Below, piece after piece: positions 11,606-23,289 of a DNA stretch of 64,000 nucleotides. Under the pieces are notes generated by a model. That model searched no databases. It was not told the origin of the DNA and was given only the letters and a program-made list of their open reading frames with translations. This DNA comes from a bacterium. Its GTDB lineage: Bacteria; UBA8248; JACPRG01; G963555815. A program made the position numbers and the translations under genes. Every line of letters starts with the position of its first letter. Position 1 is the first letter of the stretch. The stretch spans positions 960,001-1,024,000 of the forward strand of contig OZ244653.1 of the NCBI GenBank assembly GCA_965218795.1, written 5' to 3'.

Positions 11606-11916
11606 CAGAAATGGCAAGCCAAGGGGGGCCAAAGGAAAGGCGGCCGGCGACGCATCGCACACAACGCGCAGCGCTGGACCGCCGGCAGCGACGGTTCGTT
11701 CATCCGTTACCCGTCCACATTCGCATGTCGTTCACTTGCTACCTGCCCGCATCGAAGGATATTCTCCTATGTGGAACGGTTTCTGATCCGTCGTGCGGCT
11801 CCCGGACGTCTGCAAGAAGCATATAGAACAACGCAACGGCGCGGGGGCAGACGGCCGGCAACGAACCGCACACGACGCAGGTAATAGCGCGGCCAAAACG
11901 GGCCGGCTAGTAGCGA

Positions 11917-12282
11917 TCAAGTCTTTCTATACACGCCACGCTCATCATATTTGGCGTCTCCGAGAAGCTCGAAGATACCACCGATGGTAGTGAAGTTGCA
12001 GCTGTCCTCGTTGTCGCAGTCAGCCATGGCCGTTTGGAACCACGAGCGGCTAAACTCACCTGTCTTCGTGAGCTGGTCGAACGCCTTCATCCACTCCGAT
12101 TCATTTATGCCTTTCCCATAGGGACGCACCGGATCACGATGGTTTGGTATCGTGTAGATAAGGGCGTGCGCTCCTCGCCGTCTCCCCCACCCCTTCACCA
12201 TGAAGTCCCCGCGTGCTGCCGGCTTGGGAATTACCGTCCCCGGCGTGGTCTTCTCTTCGATTCTGTCGAGGATATTCTGCAT
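11917..12282 (-). CDS. Hypothetical protein in integrase-associated islet
   Basis: Protein-like 121-aa ORF (MQNILDRIEEK...SCNFTTIGGIFELLG) with a GGAGG RBS; no family recognised. Confidence 0.55.
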   Translation of the reverse strand: MQNILDRIEEKTTPGTVIPKPAARGDFMVKGWGRRRGAHALIYTIPNHRDPVRPYGKGINESEWMKAFDQLTKTGEFSRSWFQTAMADCDNEDSCNFTTIGGIFELLGDAKYDERGVYRKT

Positions 12283-12615
12283 CCGAAACCTCCAGGTTGT
12301 ATAGGAACGGGCCCTGCCGTGGCCGTTTACGATGGCCATTCATCTAATGGTATCCAATCGTGCTGAGGGCCGATGTGAGACGCCGGTACAGGTGGCCAAT
12401 GCCCGCGCGGGCCTTTCCGTCCGGTCTCGGTCGACTGGCGCGTTCGTCACACGGAATATCCAATGGATCGAGAATGTCTCGGCGCGACACCCGGACCAAA
12501 GGTGTTCCGCATCGACATGCTTGCTGAACAGGGCGTGAACCGCGGAAATTGTAGCGACCCGGGAGCTGCCGACAATAGCGCCGCCAGCGGCTCCTTGCTC
12601 CCGGCCTTGTCCCGA

Positions 12616-13340
12616 TCAAGCGTTCGCCTTGTAGTACTTGCACTCTTTGCGGAGGGGACAGTCGTACAATCCGGATTCGTTGGCCTGCAGGTGGATTTGC
12701 CCAAGAGATACAGGGGCGCGTCAATCATCCATGATTTACCGGGAATCATTATATTCGCGATGCGATGCGCATCATCCGCAGAGATCTCGCCGCCAGCGAA
12801 GACGCGGCCCAGCACTCTCCGGACATGGATGTCCGCTTTGAGTTCGCCGACTCCGGATATCTGTTTCGTGTCATACGGTGCGCCGACGATCATCCGGGAG
12901 ATCTGCGGGCCGACCCGCATCCCAATCAGGCGGTTCATGATCTCGTCCGGGGCCTGGTTCTCCCAGATATTGCGGGCGTCGCCTTGGTAGTGCTCGACGA
13001 TCTCCTTGCCGATTCGCCGGACGCGTTTGTGCCCCGCAGGGAAGCGGTGCAGACTGTAACGGCGCCAGGCGGCATCGGAATCCCACCTGCGAATGGCGAT
13101 GATGTCACCTCAGAGATTGATAGGGTCACCACGTTCGTCTTCCGCGAACCGCTCGGCGTTATCCCACGCCTGCTCCGCCTTCATCTGGAAATCGAGGATG
13201 CAGCCGAGCATGAATTTGTTGGCGGACTTCTTGTCTGCTCGCTTGACATTAAGGTCGGACAGCCACGGCCAGGAGAGGTCTCCCGGTCGCCGGTGGTCAA
13301 GAAGCAATTTGCGAACGCGTTGATGTTTATTGCGGCTCAT
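12616..13340 (-). pseudogene. HhH-GPD / endonuclease III-like DNA glycosylase with FeS loop, disrupted
   Basis: ORFs 13110-13340 and 12447-12938 are in frame across a TGA at 13110. Motif ADIHVRRV present. A 1-nt frameshift near 12665 hides C-x6-C-x2-C-x5-C (CRPTNPDC-xD-CPLRKEC). Confidence 0.7.
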
Positions 13341-13570
13341 GGGCGTACTCCTCGGTGGCCTGAGCAGGATTCATCGCCTTCACAATGATACTCCCGATCT
13401 TTTCGGCGGCCTCGACGAGGTGGCCGTCGGAGACGTGCGCGTAGCGGACGGTGGTCCGATGCCGCCGATGCCCGAGCAGGCGGTCGACCAGGGGCAGGTT
13501 CTCGCCCGACATGACGGCATGGCTGGCATAGGTTAGGTGTGGCGAAGATCGTGAATCCGCAACGCGCCGG
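13327..13570 (-). pseudogene. Tyrosine recombinase (phage integrase) C-terminal remnant
   Basis: RIHDLRHT/YASHAVMSGENLPLVDRLLGHRRHRTTVRYAH, with an ACCTA duplication breaking the frame. Confidence 0.8.
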
Positions 13571-13653
13571 AGTCCGGCATCCTCTCACACAGCGCACCAG
13601 TACGTCGTGAGGGTGTATGCGCGCCATTGCGAGCATACCTTGGGCCGAAGCCC

Positions 13654-14681
<1,028 letters not shown>

Positions 14682-14682
14682 C

Positions 14683-15801
14683 TCAATCCGTCTCCAATGA
14701 TGCGGCGATTCGCTCGCTGATCGCCCGTGTCCCGAGAACTTCCTGACCCTCCGAGGCAATATCGACCGTCCGGACGCCGGATTCCAGCACGGCCGCCACG
14801 GCCGATTCAACGGCGCGGCCCGCGGCCTTCTCGCCCAGACCATACTCCAACATCATGCCCGCGGAAAGGATCATCGCAATCGGGTTGGCCATATCCTGAC
14901 CCGCGATCTCCGGAGCCGTGCCGTGCACCGGCTCGAACAGGCCCAGCGGACCTCTTCCAGCGGGTCCGCCTTTCGACGGATCCCCCAGGCTGGCTGAAGG
15001 GAGCATTCCGATGGAACCCGTCAGCATGGCCGCTTCGTCGCTCAGAATATCCCCGAACAGGTTCCCCGTCACAATCACGTCAAACTGCTTGGGCCAGCGC
15101 ACAAGCTGCATCGCGCAGTTGTCCACCAGCATGTGCTCCAATTCGACATCGGGGTAGTCCGGGGCGACCTGATCGACGACCTCCCGCCAGAGGCGGCTGA
15201 CTGCAAGCACGTTGAACTTGTCCACGGAGGTCAGCTTTTTTCTCCGGCTGCGGGCCAAATCGAACCCCAGCCGCGTGATCCGCTCAATCTCAGGGGTGGA
15301 GTAGATCATCGTATTCGTGCCGACCTTCATATTTCCGTCTTCGGAAACTCCCTGCGGCCGGCCGAAATAGATACCGCCTGTCAGCTCCCGCAACACGAGA
15401 AGATCCAGATCGGCTACAACTTCCCGCCGGAGCGTGGACGCCTCCGCCAGCGCGCCATGGAGGCGGGCCGGCCGCAGATTGGCGAACAGCTCCAGCTCCT
15501 TCCTCAGCGGGAGAAGCGCCCCTCTTTCCGGACGCTGTTCCGGGGGGAGCGAATCCCACTTCGGTCCTCCCACGGCTCCAAGCAATATGGCGTCCGATTT
15601 CTTGCATAATTCCAAAGTTTCGGACGGCAGGGGGTGACCGGTCGCGTCGATGGCGCATCCGCCGAGAAGAGATTCATCGAGCGCAAGGGTCAGGCCGAAT
15701 CTTTTTTCAACCGCTTCCAGAACGATACGGGCCCCCGCCATGACCTCAGGGCCGATCCCGTCTCCGGGAAGCAGAGCGACCTTCAAGGTTTCAGTCATCA
15801 A
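14683..15801 (-). CDS. leuB: 3-isopropylmalate dehydrogenase
   Basis: [41 protein letters not shown]; classic leuB-asd order. Confidence 0.95.
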   Translation of the reverse strand: MMTETLKVALLPGDGIGPEVMAGARIVLEAVEKRFGLTLALDESLLGGCAIDATGHPLPSETLELCKKSDAILLGAVGGPKWDSLPPEQRPERGALLPLRKELELFANLRPARLHGALAEASTLRREVVADLDLLVLRELTGGIYFGRPQGVSEDGNMKVGTNTMIYSTPEIERITRLGFDLARSRRKKLTSVDKFNVLAVSRLWREVVDQVAPDYPDVELEHMLVDNCAMQLVRWPKQFDVIVTGNLFGDILSDEAAMLTGSIGMLPSASLGDPSKGGPAGRGPLGLFEPVHGTAPEIAGQDMANPIAMILSAGMMLEYGLGEKAAGRAVESAVAAVLESGVRTVDIASEGQEVLGTRAISERIAASLETD

Positions 15802-15926
15802 TTTCCGCTTCCATTCGGGAAAAAGTAAAATGAGCGGACCATCTCCTGCTCATTCCGCCGCCTGCGCAAAAACCGCAATATAGGCAAGAATCGGCCGGCT
15901 TTCAAGGCGAAGAAAATCCGCTCGAC

Positions 15927-17867
15927 TCATGGGCCGGCCGCCCCTTTCCCATCCTCCTCCGGTCCAACCCGGTAGAGGACGGTTCCCCCCGTCGATTCGG
16001 GAAGCCGCTCAAAGAGCCGATCGAGCAGCCCTTCCACTGCTCTCAATTTTTTCTTTCCTCTGACGCTATCGGGCTTGACCCAGAACAGGGCGTTCCGGTG
16101 GAGGATGACGTACCTGATTCCCGCCTGGGAAACGCCCTGCGTCTCCGGATCCGGCGCATCGACAATTCGCTCGGGCCGGGTCAGCAGGCGCATGAAGGGG
16201 TCGTTTCGAATGAATCGAAGGGCGGCGCGATTGAGATGCGACACGGTTCCCGAGGTGATGGGACGGCCGTGAAAGGTTTGAGCGAACATGTAGGAGTTCC
16301 CCGCCAAGTATCCCCGCACCGGCACTTCGAGAACCCCGAACCTTCCCTCATCCTGAGCGATGGTCTTGTACGGAGGCGCGGCGTGCGACTCCCACACGGA
16401 CACCACGGGCAGCGGTGCCGACCAGTATTCGAACAGGATCAGGCAACCGGCGAGGGCCGCCGCCCCCCATCGGGCCGCCCCGTTTCGATGTTTAAGCAAA
16501 ACGGACAGGCCGAATCCTGCGAGAACGCCGAGACAAACCGTCGCGACGGACACGAATCGCCCCGGATTCCGGGCCGCATTCAAGAGTGGGAATTTCTGCA
16601 CAAACCAATTGTAAGGGAGGCGGGTGAACCCCAACCACTCTTCTCCCCCGACCTGCAGATCCGGGCCCAGCGCCAATAGGCAAAAGGCCATGAAAGCGGC
16701 CGCCCAAAACATCGCACCCCCGCTCCGCGCACGGACGGCTCCGATCACCGCCAAGAGCAGGGCGACATAGCCGAGGAAAACGGTCCCTTCCTCCCGGCTG
16801 GCGGAGAAGGCGGCGTAGACGGATTGGAGAGAGCTCCAGCCCCGCGTCCATGGATGAAAGGGAGAAGGCAGAAAGAAAGCCAGCAGGTCCGCGGACGTCC
16901 CCCGGGCTCCGTCGCTCAGCCTTTCGAACTCTCCGCCGATGAAGCCTTGGATCATAGGAACGACAACAGGCGACAGCAGGATGGCAGCGGTGACCCCCGC
17001 GATGATCAGGGATCGGATCTGCGGCGATTTCCTCGTCTGACGATTCTTATCGAAGAAAAACCAGATCCAGAAGAACAGGGTGAAATAGAAGGCGAACAAC
17101 CCGTAGTGGTAGGAGCAGAGGAAAAGCAGACTGAAGATCACCCCGGTCGAGATCCCCCTCGCGGCGCCGGGCCGGTCCCGCAAGGCAACCAGCGAGAGGA
17201 TGTAGAGGGGCATGAATTGCAGGGAGATGAGATTCAGGTGCTGCACATGGGCGAAATGATAAGGCGAGAAGGCGGTAATCAGGCCTCCAACGAAGCTTGA
17301 AACGGGATCATTCGTAACCCGTAAAATCAGCCGGAAGGTCCAATAGCCGGTCAGGGCGAATGCGGAAAGAAAGGCAAGGTTGAAGGTTCCCGTTATTCCC
17401 ATCCACCATTGAAACGGGATTCCCAGGATTAATGTGTTGTACAGCGATAGGGTGTGGAATACGAGGCTCGCCCCTTCCGGGTGAAAAAGCATTTTTGTAA
17501 ATAACGGATGGGTCCCTTCTTCGAAGATCGCTCGTTGGACCCACCAGAAGTTCCAATAGAACTGAAAATCGTCCTGCCCGTACCCCGGAATGGTCGAGAA
17601 AAAGCCCCAGGCCGCCGGGTACGTCGCAACAACAGTGATTGCACCGTAGCCCAGAAGAACGGCGAAACCACGGGCCGGACTCTTTTTCAAACCCCAATGT
17701 CCTTCGCCTGAATGGATCGTTTTGCCGGGATGAGGGGCGCCATGTCGGGGAATGGCCGGACACAAAAAGCCCGAGCGTCCGGGATTTCTGCAAGTTCGCC
17801 CGGGTCCATCGATCCGTCTCAGGGCCGCCGCATCAAAGCCCGGCAGCCCGCCATCACTTTTCGTCAT
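15927..17867 (-). CDS. Polytopic membrane protein, GT-C/YfhO-like glycosyltransferase (start uncertain)
   Basis: Many TM helices, D..QFYWNFWW, AFSPYH, ARNPGRF, QTFHGRP and YVILH motifs. Confidence 0.6.
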   Translation of the reverse strand: MTKSDGGLPGFDAAALRRIDGPGRTCRNPGRSGFLCPAIPRHGAPHPGKTIHSGEGHWGLKKSPARGFAVLLGYGAITVVATYPAAWGFFSTIPGYGQDDFQFYWNFWWVQRAIFEEGTHPLFTKMLFHPEGASLVFHTLSLYNTLILGIPFQWWMGITGTFNLAFLSAFALTGYWTFRLILRVTNDPVSSFVGGLITAFSPYHFAHVQHLNLISLQFMPLYILSLVALRDRPGAARGISTGVIFSLLFLCSYHYGLFAFYFTLFFWIWFFFDKNRQTRKSPQIRSLIIAGVTAAILLSPVVVPMIQGFIGGEFERLSDGARGTSADLLAFFLPSPFHPWTRGWSSLQSVYAAFSASREEGTVFLGYVALLLAVIGAVRARSGGAMFWAAAFMAFCLLALGPDLQVGGEEWLGFTRLPYNWFVQKFPLLNAARNPGRFVSVATVCLGVLAGFGLSVLLKHRNGAARWGAAALAGCLILFEYWSAPLPVVSVWESHAAPPYKTIAQDEGRFGVLEVPVRGYLAGNSYMFAQTFHGRPITSGTVSHLNRAALRFIRNDPFMRLLTRPERIVDAPDPETQGVSQAGIRYVILHRNALFWVKPDSVRGKKKLRAVEGLLDRLFERLPESTGGTVLYRVGPEEDGKGAAGP

Positions 17868-17948
17868 TCCGGTTTGTGACTGTTCAGTCTGTGACTGTTC
17901 GGTTTGCGGCCCTTTGGGCAGAGGACATGATCTTCCCGGTCTTCTCCC

Positions 17949-19379
17949 TCACTCCTCGCGGCCTCCGGCTTTGACCTCGGCGGGCGTCAGGTAATCGTCG
18001 ATATCGATTTCCTCGGCTCCCGGTACAATGAGCCGGTCGGGATATTCGTAGGGCAGGCCCATCGGGATCGTCGCGTCGATCCCCATTTTGGTCACCATGC
18101 CGTCCCGGGCCAGCCGCGTAATCGTGTAAGTTGTCGGATCCAGACGATTGCCGCGCGCGCCCGGGACCATCACAATATCCCGGTCGGCCACGACCCTGGT
18201 CGCAATGGCCCAGTTCACGTCGCTCTCGTTCTGGATATCGATATCCGGATCGACTACAACGACAAACTTCAAATAAGGACTCATGGACAGGGCGGCCAGG
18301 ATAACGTTCTTGGCATCCCCCTCGTTCACCTTTTCCAGAGCGACGTACGCCACGTACCGGACACCGGAATTCGGCAACGACACTCCGCGCACGGTCGGCA
18401 CAACCTTTTTCAATTCGGAGAGCAGGAACCCCTCGCTGAGCGGCGTCTGGATGTACAGGTGCTCGATGACGATCCCCACGTTCTGGTACAAGGCGTCACG
18501 CCGACGGGTGATGGCCGTGACCTTGATTTCCGGCGCATCCACGATCTGCCCGTAATACTGATGGAACTCCCCGAAGGGGCCTTCGGTCTGTCTGACCTTT
18601 GGAAGGAGCTCGCCTTCGATTACGATCTCCGCATCCGCAGGCACTTCCAGGGGAACGGTCTTGCAAGGAACCAGCTCCAGCGGCTCTCCCAGCAAGCCCC
18701 CGACGATTGCGTATTCATCTTCGCCCATCGTGTCCGTGAGGGGGCTGACGGCGCCGATGTGCAGGGATGGGTGGGCTCCCAGGACAATCGCAACCGGCAA
18801 GGCCTGGCCTTTGTCTTCGCAATGCTTATGGGCGTATTGAAGGTGTTTCCCCCAGCTGTAATAGATGCCGAGGCGATCCGGCCCCAGGAACTTGTGGCGA
18901 AAGATCCCCAGGTCGCGGTGGCCCGTCTCCGGATCAACGGATACGGTTACGCCAATGGTGATATAGGGCGCGTCATCCTGTTCGCTGTGCGTGATGATGG
19001 GCAGTTTCGTGAGATCGACTTCATCTCCAGTCCACACGATCTCCTGGACCGGGGCCGCCTCGGCTTTCTTTCCTTCGAGAACGACAGGCGGAATCTTTTC
19101 GCCCATGCGTTCCGCGATGGCCTCAGAGAGTCCCGGCTCCGGCAGGTTCAGGGCGAGGGCATACTTCCTTCGATCGGCCAGAACGTTGGTGACCACCGGC
19201 ATCTCGAACCCGCGGACGTTCTCGAACAGGACCGCGTTATATCGCCCGAGCAGGTCCAGTTTTCGCACGAAGGCCGAAATTTCGTAGACGGGTGATACTT
19301 CCCGCTCGATTCGCAACAAATCGCCGGGACAGCATGCTTCCAACTCGGCCAGAAACGATCTGAGATTCTGCGCCATCAT
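17949..19379 (-). CDS. UbiD-family prFMN-dependent (de)carboxylase
   Basis: GIFRH, VPADAEIVIEG, EGPFGEF, VVVVDPDIDI, LDP, KMGIDAT. Confidence 0.92.
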   Translation of the reverse strand: MMAQNLRSFLAELEACCPGDLLRIEREVSPVYEISAFVRKLDLLGRYNAVLFENVRGFEMPVVTNVLADRRKYALALNLPEPGLSEAIAERMGEKIPPVVLEGKKAEAAPVQEIVWTGDEVDLTKLPIITHSEQDDAPYITIGVTVSVDPETGHRDLGIFRHKFLGPDRLGIYYSWGKHLQYAHKHCEDKGQALPVAIVLGAHPSLHIGAVSPLTDTMGEDEYAIVGGLLGEPLELVPCKTVPLEVPADAEIVIEGELLPKVRQTEGPFGEFHQYYGQIVDAPEIKVTAITRRRDALYQNVGIVIEHLYIQTPLSEGFLLSELKKVVPTVRGVSLPNSGVRYVAYVALEKVNEGDAKNVILAALSMSPYLKFVVVVDPDIDIQNESDVNWAIATRVVADRDIVMVPGARGNRLDPTTYTITRLARDGMVTKMGIDATIPMGLPYEYPDRLIVPGAEEIDIDDYLTPAEVKAGGREE

Positions 19380-19430
19380 TCAATCCTTTCTCACTGTCCG
19401 GCCTTCCTTTGCTCTTGGAGGACGGAGCCG

Positions 19431-20828
19431 TCAATCGAGGCTGTCCGTCCACTCTTCCAGGTATTCGTCCAACTTGACGTTTTCAGTTCCCGGGATCTTC
19501 GTCGGTTCGGGGATTGGATACGGCAATCCAATGGGTGTCGTGGCGTCGATGCCCAGACGGGTCACCATCCCTCCTCGCCCGCGCCGGGTGATCTCATACG
19601 AGGTTGGGTCCTCCGGGTCGCCGATCACGCCGGGAACCATGAAGAGGTCTCGATCCGCCACCACCCGCGTGGCCATCACCCACATGACCTCCCGGTCGAC
19701 TTCCAACGCGATGTCCCGGTCCACAGCGAAGACCGTCTTCACCTCCGGGATGCCGCCGAGCGCGGCAAGAATGGCCTTCTTCCCCTCCCCCATCTTTTTC
19801 TGGTCCACCTGGACGTAGGCATGATACCCGTTGGTGATCGCCGGGATCCGGACGTCGATGACCGCGGGGACGGCCGCCTTCACCGCCCTCAAGGCCTCCG
19901 CCTCGCGAATCGGCGTCGGGAGAAACCTTCGCTCGCCGAAAATCCCGGCCGCCTGGAAGATCGCGTCCTTCCGGCGCGTGAGGGCCGTCACCTCCAGCAC
20001 CGGGACCGTCCTCTCCGAACCCTCATATCCGATGGGGGAAGCCGGGGCGGTCAATGTCCGCGTCCTTTCCGGAGATACCGCGCCTTCGATGACGATTTCA
20101 GCGTGAGCCGGGACGGGGAGGTCGCCCGTGACCGTTCGGGTGACGGGACAGGACTCTCCCATCAGCGATCCGATGCGTCCCAAGGATTCGGACCCGTCCG
20201 CCCCCGAGGCGGCGCACAGATAGAATGACGGGTGCATGCCGATCACAAGGGCCACTTCCAGAACCTCTCCTTGATCGCCCGCGGCTTGGAGGCAAGCGGC
20301 CAATGAAGAATCTTCGGCGGCGAGGATCCCCACATGCCGGCCGTCAAGCCGGACGATCCGGGGGAGACTCACCGTCACCGCGCCCGATTGCGGATTTCGG
20401 GCGACAGCAGCGCCCATGAGAAGACTCGGCGCGGAGTCTGATTCGGCATGGGTCAGGATTGGCAGGTCTGCAAGATCGACCTCATCCCCCGTGCGCTTCA
20501 CTTCATGAACGGGTCCGGTCTGCACCTGAACGGGGGGAAGGATCCGGTCCAGCCTGTCCCTCAGGATCTTCCCGTAATCCCTGGATTCCGAAGTGAGGCC
20601 CAATGCGAGACATACCCTGTCGCGATTCGTTATGACGTTTCCGACGACGGGAATGGAGCTTCCCTCGACGAACGGGAAGTGAACGGCTGCGCCCTTCTTC
20701 TCCCTTCTCGTCTTCTCGAGGATCGCGGAAATCCCGTGCTTTGGAGAGACCGCCTTGTCGACCTGAAGGAAGGCCTCGGGCAACTCCGCCTGGAGCGTGC
20801 TCAGATAGGTTCTAAGAGATTGGGGCAT
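19431..20828 (-). CDS. UbiD-family protein lacking the catalytic E-x4-E motif
   Basis: VPAHAEIVIEG, VDRDI and RLGIDAT are retained, but TLTAPASPIG replaces EGPFGE. Confidence 0.85.
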   Translation of the reverse strand: MPQSLRTYLSTLQAELPEAFLQVDKAVSPKHGISAILEKTRREKKGAAVHFPFVEGSSIPVVGNVITNRDRVCLALGLTSESRDYGKILRDRLDRILPPVQVQTGPVHEVKRTGDEVDLADLPILTHAESDSAPSLLMGAAVARNPQSGAVTVSLPRIVRLDGRHVGILAAEDSSLAACLQAAGDQGEVLEVALVIGMHPSFYLCAASGADGSESLGRIGSLMGESCPVTRTVTGDLPVPAHAEIVIEGAVSPERTRTLTAPASPIGYEGSERTVPVLEVTALTRRKDAIFQAAGIFGERRFLPTPIREAEALRAVKAAVPAVIDVRIPAITNGYHAYVQVDQKKMGEGKKAILAALGGIPEVKTVFAVDRDIALEVDREVMWVMATRVVADRDLFMVPGVIGDPEDPTSYEITRRGRGGMVTRLGIDATTPIGLPYPIPEPTKIPGTENVKLDEYLEEWTDSLD

Positions 20829-20851
20829 CGGGACATACCGTTCACACGGAT

Positions 20852-22258
20852 TCAGGAACGCCCGCCGAACCCCTCGGCGGGACGCGTGAAACTCTCCAAT
20901 TCCAGATCCTCGACACCGGGGATCCGCGCCCTTCCGGGAAAGGAATCCTCATATCCCACGGGAACCGTCGCATCGATGCCGATCTTCGTCACCATGCCGT
21001 CCCGTTGGAGGCGCGTGATGGTGTAGGTCATCGGGTCCAGACGATTCCCCCGGGCGCCGGGGATGATCATGATGTCCCGATCCGGCACCACACGGGTCGA
21101 GAGCGCCCAGAGCACTTCGTCCTCGTCGAAAATATCCACGTCGTTGTCGAAGACGAACGCGCCCTTGATGTAGGGCGTGCGGGTCAGTGCGGCCATCAGA
21201 ACGTTCTTGGCATCCCCCTCGTTCAGCTTTTCCATCTGGATGTACGCATGGTAGAGGACGCCCGACAGGGGGGCGTGAACCGCCCGGACGCTCGGCATGA
21301 TCCTGCGAAGCTCGCGCAGCAGGTGTCCCTCGTTCGGAACGAGTGTGGCCGTCACATGCTCGATGTACTGACCGACGTCGTGATAGATGGCGTCCTTCCG
21401 ATGGGTGATGGCCGTGACTTCGATCTCCGGGGCTTCGACGATCTGCCCGTAGTACCGGTGATACTCGCCGAACGGCCCTTCGGTCTGGCGCACGTGCGGC
21501 AGGATCTTTCCTTCGATCACGATCTCGGCGTAGGCCGGGACTTCCAGGTCCACCGTCTCGCACTTGACCAGCTCCAGGGGCTCGCCCAGCAGTCCCCCGG
21601 CCACCTCATACTCATCGGTCCCGCTCTTCCGGGCGACCTGGGTCTGCGAGGCCACGTAAAACGCCGGGTGCATCCCCAGGACGATGGCGCAATCCAGCGG
21701 CTCGTCCCTGGCCTCGGCCTTCCGGTGAATGTACTGGAGCCGTTTTCCCCAGCTGTAATACACGCCCAGCTTGTTGCGGCCGGCCTTCTTGTGGCGATAG
21801 ATCCCCAGATTGGACGATTTCGTATCCGGGTCCTTGGTGACCATAACGCCCATCGTGATGTACGGAGCGTCGTTGTGCTCGTGATGGACCAGGATGGGCA
21901 GGTGATTCAGATCGACCTCGTCTCCCCGGTAGATCACGTCCTTGACGGGCCCCGTCTCAACGAGCCTGGGCGGGACTTGGCGGAGCTCCCGCTCGCCGAT
22001 GACCTCGGCGATCCTGTCCTCGGTCGTATCCAGGGCGATGGCGAACTTCTTGCGGTTGGAGACCACATTGGCGATGACGGGGAACTCGAAGCCTTTGACG
22101 CGGTCGAACAGGACGGCCGGATACATCCCCTCACGATCCATCTTCGTGATGACGGCAATGGGCTCCCACTCGTGCGAGACCTCTCGGCTGACCCGGCGAA
22201 TCTGCTCGGGCGCCACGCGGAAAAGCTCTTTCAAGTAGCTGCGAAGGTCTTTCGGCAT
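20852..22258 (-). CDS. UbiD-family prFMN-dependent (de)carboxylase
   Basis: NLGIYRH, VPAYAEIVIEG, EGPFGEY, KIGIDAT. Confidence 0.92.
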   Translation of the reverse strand: MPKDLRSYLKELFRVAPEQIRRVSREVSHEWEPIAVITKMDREGMYPAVLFDRVKGFEFPVIANVVSNRKKFAIALDTTEDRIAEVIGERELRQVPPRLVETGPVKDVIYRGDEVDLNHLPILVHHEHNDAPYITMGVMVTKDPDTKSSNLGIYRHKKAGRNKLGVYYSWGKRLQYIHRKAEARDEPLDCAIVLGMHPAFYVASQTQVARKSGTDEYEVAGGLLGEPLELVKCETVDLEVPAYAEIVIEGKILPHVRQTEGPFGEYHRYYGQIVEAPEIEVTAITHRKDAIYHDVGQYIEHVTATLVPNEGHLLRELRRIMPSVRAVHAPLSGVLYHAYIQMEKLNEGDAKNVLMAALTRTPYIKGAFVFDNDVDIFDEDEVLWALSTRVVPDRDIMIIPGARGNRLDPMTYTITRLQRDGMVTKIGIDATVPVGYEDSFPGRARIPGVEDLELESFTRPAEGFGGRS

Positions 22259-22597
22259 GACCGAAGACTGCTCCCCTGGTTTCGTCGATCATCCGGTGAA
22301 TGCCGTCCGGAGGCATTATCCGTCATTCGAACATTTGCCGCAATGCGGAAGCCCGCGATCACGGTGTTGGGCGTCCGGCGTGAACTTTCCGCCGGGTTGA
22401 TGAGTTGTATCGAGTTGGAAGGACGGGGGATACCGTCTTCCGGTGGAATCGTCAATGCGGCGGATTTCGACATTGCGGCGATTCACTCCCTCGGGCTAAA
22501 GTAATCGGGAGGAGACTGACCTGAGTTCGACACGCGGTTAGACGGAATGGCGGCTTTTTCGGCGCCTTTTTTCCGCTGGGGAGTTCCGGAGAGGCCG

Positions 22598-22975
22598 ATG
22601 GGAGAAGCCAGGGTGAGAACGATCACGGGGATCCTGTTCAGCGCGATGATTCTCTCGGCTTCCTTGTTCGGGGAGAGCGCGTTTGCCGCGGGGAACGCCA
22701 AGGCCGGCAGGGTCAAATACCGGCAACTGTGCTCCGTCTGCCACGGCCAATCCGGCAAGGGTGACGGCGCCGCCGCCAAGGGATTTCCCGTCAAGCCGGC
22801 GGATCATACGAAGAAGTCGCAGATGAGCAGGCTGACGAACAAATACCTCGAAACCATCATCACCAAAGGTGGCCGAAGCGTAGGCAAGAGCCCCCTCATG
22901 CCGCCCTTCGGCAACCTGCTCAAACCGGCCGACGTGCGGAACTTGATCGCGTATATCCGGTCACTGGCGAGGTAG
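22598..22975 (+). CDS. Periplasmic monoheme class I cytochrome c
   Basis: Signal peptide, CSVCH heme motif, distal Met in SPLMPPFG. Confidence 0.88.
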   Translation: MGEARVRTITGILFSAMILSASLFGESAFAAGNAKAGRVKYRQLCSVCHGQSGKGDGAAAKGFPVKPADHTKKSQMSRLTNKYLETIITKGGRSVGKSPLMPPFGNLLKPADVRNLIAYIRSLAR

Positions 22976-23289
22976 GTTATTCCCGGGAGCGCTATGGGAT
23001 AGCTCACAAAGATGATTGGGAAAGTCGGACCAGAGCAAGCAAACGCCTGGTTGTGAACCTGCCGGACGAATCCACGGGGTTTTTTCTGGAGCCGGACACC
23101 CTAACCTCTATGATTCGATTGACGGGCGGGGATGGATAGTCTCCGACTGAAAACCCGCCCCTACAGCCGGACCATAGTCTTTCAAGTGTAGGGGCGGGTC
23201 TCCGTTTCCGCCACTGGAAAGAACAGGGGCCAAGATTATAGAGGGCTCCATCGAATCGGAACCCTTCTGGAAAACAAAAAGCTTTTTGC

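Noticed and set aside
13110-13112. In-frame TGA in the HhH-GPD gene as selenocysteine
   Set aside because: The context (PINL*) is not a redox or Cys motif, no clear hairpin follows, and the gene has another lesion. A TGG-to-TGA nonsense change is more likely.
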